The notes under the pieces are model-generated. The model was not told where the DNA came from. It saw nothing but the letters and a program-made list of their open reading frames with translations, and did no database searches. Both the position numbers and the translations under genes were made by a program. DNA of 64,000 bases from Eledone cirrhosa (Eukaryota). Of this stretch, positions 55,617 to 64,000 are shown piece by piece (the stretch's first letter is position 1; each line of letters starts with the position of its first letter). The stretch covers positions 97,526,001-97,590,000 of the forward strand of contig OZ024744.1 of the NCBI GenBank assembly GCA_964016885.1. Direction: 5' to 3'.

Positions 55617-55663
<47 letters not shown>

Positions 55664-55698
55664 TAGAATTGGTGCTCTGAAATAGCCATATATATATA

Positions 55699-56022
55699 TG
55701 AATGTATATATAGTGTATTTTGCAATACACTTTATGCTTAATTAAAAGCATTTTGAAGACCGTATGCTATTGTTTTAGAGTAGTGACAGACTCACTTACT
55801 TTAATTTCAGCAAACAGGGGAAGATAAAGCTGACAAGGCCTTGTTTCTGCATTTATTTATAAGCATCAATAAATGCAGAAACAAGGCCTTGTCAGCTTTA
55901 TCTCCCCCTGTTTGCTGAAATTAAAGTAAGTGAGTCTGTCACTACTCTAAAACAATAGCATACGGTCTTCAAAATGCTTTTAATTAAGCATAAAGTGTAT
56001 TGCAAAATACACTATATATACA

Positions 56023-56026
<4 letters not shown>
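55699..56026. repeat. Near-perfect palindrome, ~160-bp arms, 10-nt spacer, in (TA)n
   Basis: Arms 55699-55857 and 55868-56026; one mismatch seen. Confidence 0.95.
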
Positions 56027-56076
<50 letters not shown>

Positions 56077-58316
56077 GATCTATTTAAGAAAGTAACTAAT
56101 TTTGAAATACAAGGGTTGGCTGGAAAGTTCATAGACTGACTAAGAAGGAGTGATGTTAGAGCTGTGAAATCTTGCATGCAATGCATTAATTTCAACTCTT
56201 CTTATTAATAACTGCATTAGTTCTTTCTAGGGACTATGTTGAGAAATAAACCTCATTTAGTCATTCCATGAGAGTACCTTGGTCAGCCTATGAACTTTTC
56301 AATCGAACTTTGTACTAACTTAAATTCAGAGATCAACTCACTTCAAAATAAACTCTAAAAAATATGACAAATATTTAAAATCAAAGAAAATGTTAAAACC
56401 TTTTTGTTACAATATTTTCTAATGAAAGACAAGAACCAGCTTAATAATGGATAAGCTAATTATTATTTCTACATTAGGCACAAGGCCAGCAATTTGAAGT
56501 GGATTAAATGGACCCCAGTGTGTGACTGGTACTTTATTTTATCAACCCTGTAAGGATGAAAGATAAAGTTAACCTCGACGGGATTTGAACTCTATGCTGC
56601 GAAGCATGTTGTCCGACACTTCACCGATACTGCCAATCGACCACCCTTTTTACTAAACCGTTCCAGCTTCTTGATTGGTTTTTAAATTATTTGAAAACCA
56701 TAAGCAGTGTCTTCCATTAGAAATATGGTAACGAAAGGGTTAAAAATATATTTAAAGCAAATAAAATTATTTAGATAATTTTTATTTACTTTTCATTCTG
56801 ATCAATTATCTGATGAAAATTAATTACTTCTTAAAAGTCAAAATCCCAGGTAAATATCATAAAAGCAGAAATATATAAACCTGATTTTATTAATTCTATA
56901 TCTTTCATCTTGAAAAGCTTATTAACAACCATTTTCTATAATTTAAGATAATTTCTGGATGAGTTAATTATTGAATCAAATATATGGCTATTAAATAACA
57001 AACTTCACTGAATAGAGGCAAAATGTCACTTAGTTTAAGATAAATGAACCAAGTAGTGTTTATTAGATTAGTCGAGAAAAGCTTAATCTAGAGTAAGTGA
57101 ACTACATAATTCTTCTGGTTCTGTGGCATCATCCACAATGTAAATTTAACATTTCCTGATTTCTGTGTTGCAAAGATAAACTAAACATTAACCCTTTTGA
57201 CACTAACCAAAATAAAACTGGTTCTGGTTCTATGAAACATAAATACGCCTATTTTAAAGGGTTCTTTTTTAAATTAAAATGTTCCAAAGAAGTTTTATAT
57301 AAGAACCATATGTTAACCCTTTTGATACCAAACTAGCCAAAATTAGTCCTGATTCTATGAAACAAAACCACTCATTTTAAACAGTTTATATTTAAATTAA
57401 AATCTTGGTAAGTTATTTTATAAAAGAACTATATGTTAAGTTACTGTTTTACTAATGAAATAATTAATAATTTTAGTAAATCCCTAAAATTTTTTCATTA
57501 ATTAAATGAAATAAAGTATACTTCATCAGAAAATAGTTGCCATGAAAGGGTTAAATTAAATTCTTCCAACATAATTTTATATAAGAGCCATATGATAAAT
57601 AACTATTTTAGTAATAAAATAATTAATGCTTTTAAAAAAACTTCTCAAAATTCTTTATTGATTTATCGAATAGAGTGTATTTCATTAAAAATATGGTCAC
57701 AGAAGAGTTAATTATCATTGGTAATTGGTAATTAATATAGTATATCTAAAGGAATTCCTGAAATAATGTGAATATATATGTGGTTACTTTTAAAATCAAA
57801 GAAACATTATTATTATTATTCAAAACTATAAAATATATCCAATGTTTCAACACTCCTTTCATTTGATATCATATCACGCTATACATCATTAGACTGTGCT
57901 GTGTGTGTAGTGGCGTGATTTAGCATTAAACATATCTTACCATGAAGTTTAAATACTAAACCACACCACACCACAGCACACCACATATTGTATGTAATAC
58001 CATATGGCTGGCATCACACCATATCAATAGGTCTGCTCAATAAGAACTGGAGCTACACAACAACAACAACAACAATTTCACATCACACCACACTACATCA
58101 TATCATCATGTCATACCACTAACTTCGTTAGTGTGAGAAAAAAAAATTATCCTCGTAAATGTCTGCTGTTTAGGCAGATGGTGTGCTGCGCTGTGCTGGC
58201 TGTTCCCATTGAATCAGTTCTATAAATATTAATGATGATAACAAAGAAGAATGAACAATTGAAAAAAGAATTTTCTGCAGAGGAAATTTATATGCACATA
58301 TATACATATATATGCG

Positions 58317-58359
<43 letters not shown>

Positions 58360-58539
58360 TCATCATCCTCGTTTAACATCCACTTTCCATGCTAGCATGG
58401 GTTAGACATATACATATATATATATATATAGATATATATATACACATACACACATATATATATATACATATACATATATATATATATACACATAAATATA
58501 TTCATTCATATATATATATAATGTATATATAAATATTCG

Positions 58540-58587
<48 letters not shown>

Positions 58588-58592
58588 TATAC

Positions 58593-58643
<51 letters not shown>

Positions 58644-59470
58644 TATATATACATATATATACATATATATATCATCACAATGCTTCCTCTATCATTTTTT
58701 TTGTTTTCTTTTGTTTTTAGTAAACAGAGCTCTTATTTCTCTAATCTAACCAGTAAATACACAGAATCATTTTTCACTAAACTTAAGATGCAAAATATAT
58801 TCACTGTTCATATGTATTATTACTTCCTATTTTTTAGACTTGAGGAATTTAGTGGTATACTTTCATCATCATCATCATCATCATCATTTCATTTAACGTC
58901 CACTTTTTCCCTGCCTTGCAAGGGTGGGACGGGAACTGATTCTGGCTTGATTTCTACAGCTGGATGCCCTTCCTAACACCAACCTCATTTACAGTGAGTG
59001 CTGGGTGCTTTTTTTGCCGTGGCACCTCCACGACCACTTTGCAGTGGAATGATATGGACCCCGGCCCCTATCATCTCATTTCTACAGCTGAGTAAACTGG
59101 AGCAATGTGAAATAAAGTGTCTTGCTCTTTATGAATGAAAATTTTATATATGACAAATAATTAATTGATTGTGAGTGCTAAACATGTCATGAGGCTGAAC
59201 AGTAATAGGAAATAAAGATCACAGAAAAACATTCATGGTTTGGGTCAGAAAAAAGTCACAGAAAAATGTTTTAGTTTTGTTGAGGAAAAAATGACAGGGG
59301 AAAGTCATAGCTTTAGGCTAGGACAAAATATAGGTTTAACCTCTTCATGGACACATTTCTAATGAAATATACTCTATTTTAATTGATTAATGAAGAATTT
59401 TGAAGGATTTACTAAAATTATTAATTATTTTATTAATAAGATAGTATCTTAACGTAAGGTTCTTATATAG

Positions 59471-59946
59471 GAGAAGAAGAAGAAGAAGAAGAAGAAGAAG
59501 AAGAAGAAGAAGAAGAAGAAGAAGAAAAAGAAGAAGAAGAAGGCAAAGAAGAAGAAGAAGGCAAAGAAGAAGAAGGCAAAGAAGAAGAAGGCAAAGAAGA
59601 AGAAGAAGAAGAAGAAGAAGAAGAAGAAGAGGATGGCAAAGAAGAAGAAGGCAAAGAAGAAGAAGGCAAAGAAGAAGAAGGCAAAGAAGAAGAAGAAGAA
59701 GGCAAAGAAGAAGAAGAAGGCAAAGAAGAAGAAGGCAAAGAAGAAGAAGAAGAAGAAGAAGAAGAAGAAGAAGAAGAAGAGGATGGCAAAGAAGAAGAAG
59801 GCAAAGAAGAAGAAGAAGGCAAAGAAGAAGAAGGCAAAGAAGAAGAAGAAGAAGGCAAAGAAGAAGAAGAAGGCAAAGAAGAAGAAGGCAAAGAAGAAGA
59901 AGGCAAAGAAGGCAAAGAAGGCAAAGAAGAAGAAGAAGAAGGCGAG
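59471..59946. repeat. (GAA)n with periodic GGCAAA interruptions
   Basis: Directly visible. Confidence 0.95.
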
Positions 59947-60142
59947 GAAAAGCTCTACTGTGAAATAATAACTGCTACTGTCTGTCAACCCACACGTTAA
60001 AAAAAACTAGAAAACTTTTCAGTGTATAATCAAAAATGATAAATAACATTAAAGTTAATTAATACTGCTAATGAGCAGTGAACTGTGAGTATAAGTAGAG
60101 TGTAGGTCAAAAATAGTTTGCAGGTATTATAGGTATTACCCT

Positions 60143-61208
60143 AAGGGCGGTGGATTGGCAGTATCGGTAGAGGGTCGGACGCCATGCTTTCCAGCATAGT
60201 TACGTCCCTTTACGGTCTGAGTTCAAATCCCGCCGAGGTTGACTTTGCCTTTCATGCTTACGAGGTCGATAAAAATAAAGTACCAGTAATGCACTGGGTA
60301 ATTGCTGGCCTTGTGCCTAAAGTAGAAACAATTATAGGTATTACCCTTTACGGCTCAAATCCCATCAAAGGCAATTTTTATCGGTAGAGGGTCTGATGCC
60401 ATGCTTTGCTGAACTGAGTTATGGCCCTTTGCGTTCTGAGTTCAAATCCCGCTGAGCTTAACTTTGCCTTTCATCCTAACAGGGGTCGATAAAATAAAGT
60501 ACCAGTAATGCACTGGGGTCAAATTACTGGCCTTGTGCCTATACTAGAAACCATTATTTTAGTGGATTGGCCGTATCGGTAGAAGGTTGGATGCCATGCT
60601 TTGCAGCATAGAGTTACGACCCTTTACGGTATGGGTTCAATAAAATAAAGTACCAGTCATCCACTGGGGTCAAATTACTGGCCTTGTGCCTATACTAGAA
60701 ACCATTATTTTAGTGGATTGGCCGTATCGGTAGAAGGCTGGATGCCATGCTTTGCAGCATAGAGTTACGACCCTTTATGGTATGAGGTTAGCTTTGCCTT
60801 TCATCCTTACGGGGTCGATAAAATAAAGTACCAGTAATGCACTGGGTAATTGCTGGCCTTGTGCCAAAATTAGAAACAATTTTTGGGGCAGAATTGGTAG
60901 AGCATCGGACAACATGTTTAGCAGATATAGTTACGGCTCTTTATGTTCCAAGTTTAAATTCCATTGAGGTTAGCTTTGTCTTTTACTCTTACAGAGATAA
61001 AACAAAGCACCAGTAATACACGGGGGTCGATTTAATAGACTTTCCACTCTCACAAAATTGCTGGCCTTGTGTCTATATCAGAAACCATTATTTTTATTAT
61101 TTTAATATTTTGCAGTATATAGTTATGGCTTTTTACGTTCTGAGTTCAAATCCTGCTGAGGTTAGATTTACCTTCCACCCTTACAAAGTCGAAAAATAAA
61201 GTACCAGA
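60143..61208 (+). mobile_element. Cluster of ~6 co-oriented tRNA-SINE copies/fragments
   Basis: First copy 60143-60330 with 17-bp TSD attataggtattaccct; repeated ggccttgtgcc tails. Confidence 0.85.
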
Positions 61209-61235
61209 ATATTAGAGAAAAGACTTTAGTTTTAA

Positions 61236-61810
61236 GAGCTGTTTTGTACTTTTCAACAATGTCTTGCTAATGTGGTTTCATGTGGTACAGGACGTTAAGA
61301 GTTAATGTGATACAGTCATAGTACTGTTTTGTACTTTTCAACAATGTCTTGTTAATGTGGTTTCATGTGGTACAGGATGTTAAGAGTTAATGTGATACAG
61401 TCATAGTACTGTTTTGTACTTTTCAAGTATGTCTTGTTAATGTGGTTTCATGTGGTACAGGACATTAAGAGTTAATGTGATACAGTCATAGTACTGTTTT
61501 GTACTTTTCAACAATGTCTTGTTAATGTGGTTTAATGTGGTACAGGATGTTAAGAGTTAATGTGATAAAGTCATAGTACTGTTTTGTACTTTTCAACAGT
61601 GTCTTGTTAATGTGGTTTCATGTGGTACAGGATGTTAACAGTTAATGTGATACAGTCATAGTAGTGTTTTGTACTTTTCAACAGTGTCTTGTTATTGTGG
61701 TTTCATGTGGTACAGGATGTTAAGAGTTAATGTGATACAGTCATAGTACTGTTTTGTACTTTTCAACAATGTCTTGTTAATGTGGTTTCATGTGGTACAG
61801 GACGTTAAGC
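61236..61810. repeat. Second array of the 85-bp MITE-end satellite (~7 copies)
   Basis: Same unit as the array at 28050-29490. Confidence 0.92.
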
Positions 61811-63144
61811 CTTAAGCAAGCGATAACAGGACATGTACCACCATAAAAGCAAACTGAGCAGCCATCAAGTGTGCGTACCTCCGAGGAATGAGCCACATTA
61901 CTGAAACTTAAAGCAGCACAGTCTTATACAAATTTGTGTAATTAAATAAAATATATAATATAGTCCAATAATCAATAAGTCAATAAGTATCTTTGCATTG
62001 TGGAAATATTCAAGTCGCGAGGAGAGTTGTTAAATGAGTGTAAACTGGGGAGTACCAATGTCGACTGAAAATTTCAAAGGCTGACTATGAAGGAGAGATG
62101 CTAGAGCTGTGAAATCTTGTATCTATTAATTTCAACTCTTCTTATTAATAAATATATTGTTTCTTTCTTGAAATAATGTTGAAAAATAAATCTCATTTGG
62201 TCATTCCATGAGAGTATCTTGGTCGCCTATGAAGGAGGGATGCTAGAGCTGTGAAATCTTGTATCTATTAATTTCAACTCTTCTTATTAATAAATGTATT
62301 GTTTCTTTCCTAAAACAATGTTGAAAAATAAACCTTATTTGGTCATTCCATGAGAGTATCTTGGTCGCCTATGAACTTTTCAGTCAACCATTGTACACTC
62401 TTCTTATTAATAGCTGCATTGTTTCTTTCCAGAAACAATGTTGAAATATATATCTCATTTGGTCATTCCGTGAGAGTATCTTGGTCAGCCTATGAACTTT
62501 TCAACCGATACATGAAGGCTTAGTAATTTTCTTAGAATGGTCAAAGTAAGATCTGTCAAAAAGTAGGTTTATCATCTTAGCAAACTGTAAATTGAAATTA
62601 TTTTATTTGGGAGATTGGGGTGCATAATAGGGGGAAAGGGGCCACTTAGTTTTTGGCTTGTCTAGGATGCTAAATACCCAAGAGCCAGCTCTAACCAATA
62701 GTATGAAATTAATTGAGTTATCATTTTACATTTGTTTTGCCATGTTAGTATGTTTTGGACAAAGACTGGAGCATATCCTGATCTCAGGGATGTATGTGTT
62801 AAGCAAGTGAGAATATAAGACTCCCCAATGCCCACCCCTCCTCTTACACACACACACACACACACATACACACTCATACACAGACACTCATAGGAGATGT
62901 CAGTCAATCGTAAGGCTAACACCTTGTTAGTGTTGTTACTTACTGCTGGTACTAATTTTTTTTCAACCGAGCCCGAGTGGACTGGAGCAACATGAAATGA
63001 AGTTTCTTGCTCAAGGACACAACAATGTCAACCAGTTCAGGACTGAAACACGTGATTTTATTATTGTGAGCCTAACACGTTAACCACTAAATCACTGCAC
63101 CATTTCTTTTTAATTACTTTTATTAATAAAATATGTTACATTTA

Positions 63145-63792
63145 CCGTATTTCCCGGCGTCAAAGATGCTACTTTTTCCCTAAAATAAGTCTCAAAAATC
63201 TACCATGCGTCCTGGAGGCCAAAGGTTGCTTATTATATTTTTTTTCAAAGGGCGGTGGATTGGCAGTATTGGTGGAGGGTCGGTCGCCATGCTTTCCAGC
63301 ATAGTTACGTCCCTTTACGATCTGAGTTCAAACCCCGCCGACGTTGACTTTGCCTTTCATCCTTACGGGGGGTCGATAAAATAAAGTACCAGTAATGTAC
63401 TGGGTAATTTGCTGGCCTTGTGCCTAAAGTAGAAATAATAATTTTTTTTTTTCAAATTTGTTGTTGTCAAAATTAGGGTGCATCCTCGATCTCGATTCCA
63501 GCAAGGACAGACGCGGCCAGCAAAGGTATGGGCACGTCGGGTGGGACCTGGGTCACTTTGACCCTCACAATTTTCTGCCCGCAGTAGGAGGGCACCAAGA
63601 CTATCTCCTCACTCTTTAGGGTTTCCAAAGAGTGAGACTTTGCTTCCTGGGGGGTGGCGAAAAGTATGACTACTGTGGCGTACTTTCTGCCACGGGTGAT
63701 GTGGGTTTTGAAATTTTTTTTTTCAAATTTGTTGTTGTCAAAATTAGGGTGCATCCTCGAGGACGAGGCATCTTAGGCGCCAGGAAATACGG
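63145..63792. mobile_element. pogo/Tc-type MITE carrying a nested SINE (63249-63440) and a captured coding fragment (63490-63712)
   Basis: TIRs ccgtatttcccggcg / cgccaggaaatacgg with TA TSD; a ~47-bp internal duplication flanks the insert. Confidence 0.8.
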
Positions 63793-64000
63793 TATATCGG
63801 TATATCGCAATAAAAAATCTGAGAAGACTCTTCTGTCTGGATGAACATGTATGATGGATGACAACTTCTCTAGTGTTGATAGGCTATGATAAAATACACT
63901 CAGATGATGATGGTGATGTTGATGGTGGTGGTGGTGGTGGTGGTGATGGTGGAGGTGATGATGATGATGATGATAAAGATGGTGAAAATAACGATGGTGT

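Noticed and set aside
58150-58220. Possible terminal exon of an upstream minus-strand gene (LIQWEQPAQRSTPSA*)
   Set aside because: Acceptor-like tttatag present but no homology or partner exon.
59449-59988. Lys/Ala-rich histone-H1- or protamine-like ORF
   Set aside because: (GAA)n/GGCAAA simple repeat, open in several frames by composition alone.

Overview
Eukaryotic, very AT-rich and repeat-saturated DNA. The (TA)n/(CA)n/(CAT)n microsatellites and tRNA-derived SINE families suggest a coleoid cephalopod, probably Octopus (inference). The only well-supported host gene is a minus-strand nidogen/entactin-like gene: four phase-1 GT-AG exons (6302-6159, 4407-4171, 2274-2077, 525-307) splice in frame to an EGF module plus the G2 beta-barrel, and the gene continues off the left edge. 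I found no NIDO-domain exons in the ~57 kb upstream. That region holds SINEs, mariner/piggyBac/hAT/pogo-type elements, 3' fragments of RTE, Dong/R4 and CRE-type retrotransposons, and transposon-derived minisatellites. The most unusual signal is a set of mostly unrelated fold-back palindromes (arms about 33-175 bp) abutting (TA)n tracts. Several contain or adjoin minimal hammerhead-ribozyme cores (CUGANGA...GAAA), consistent with (TA)n-associated Penelope-like or retrozyme-like elements. Nearly all ORFs in the supplied track are microsatellite or SINE artefacts.
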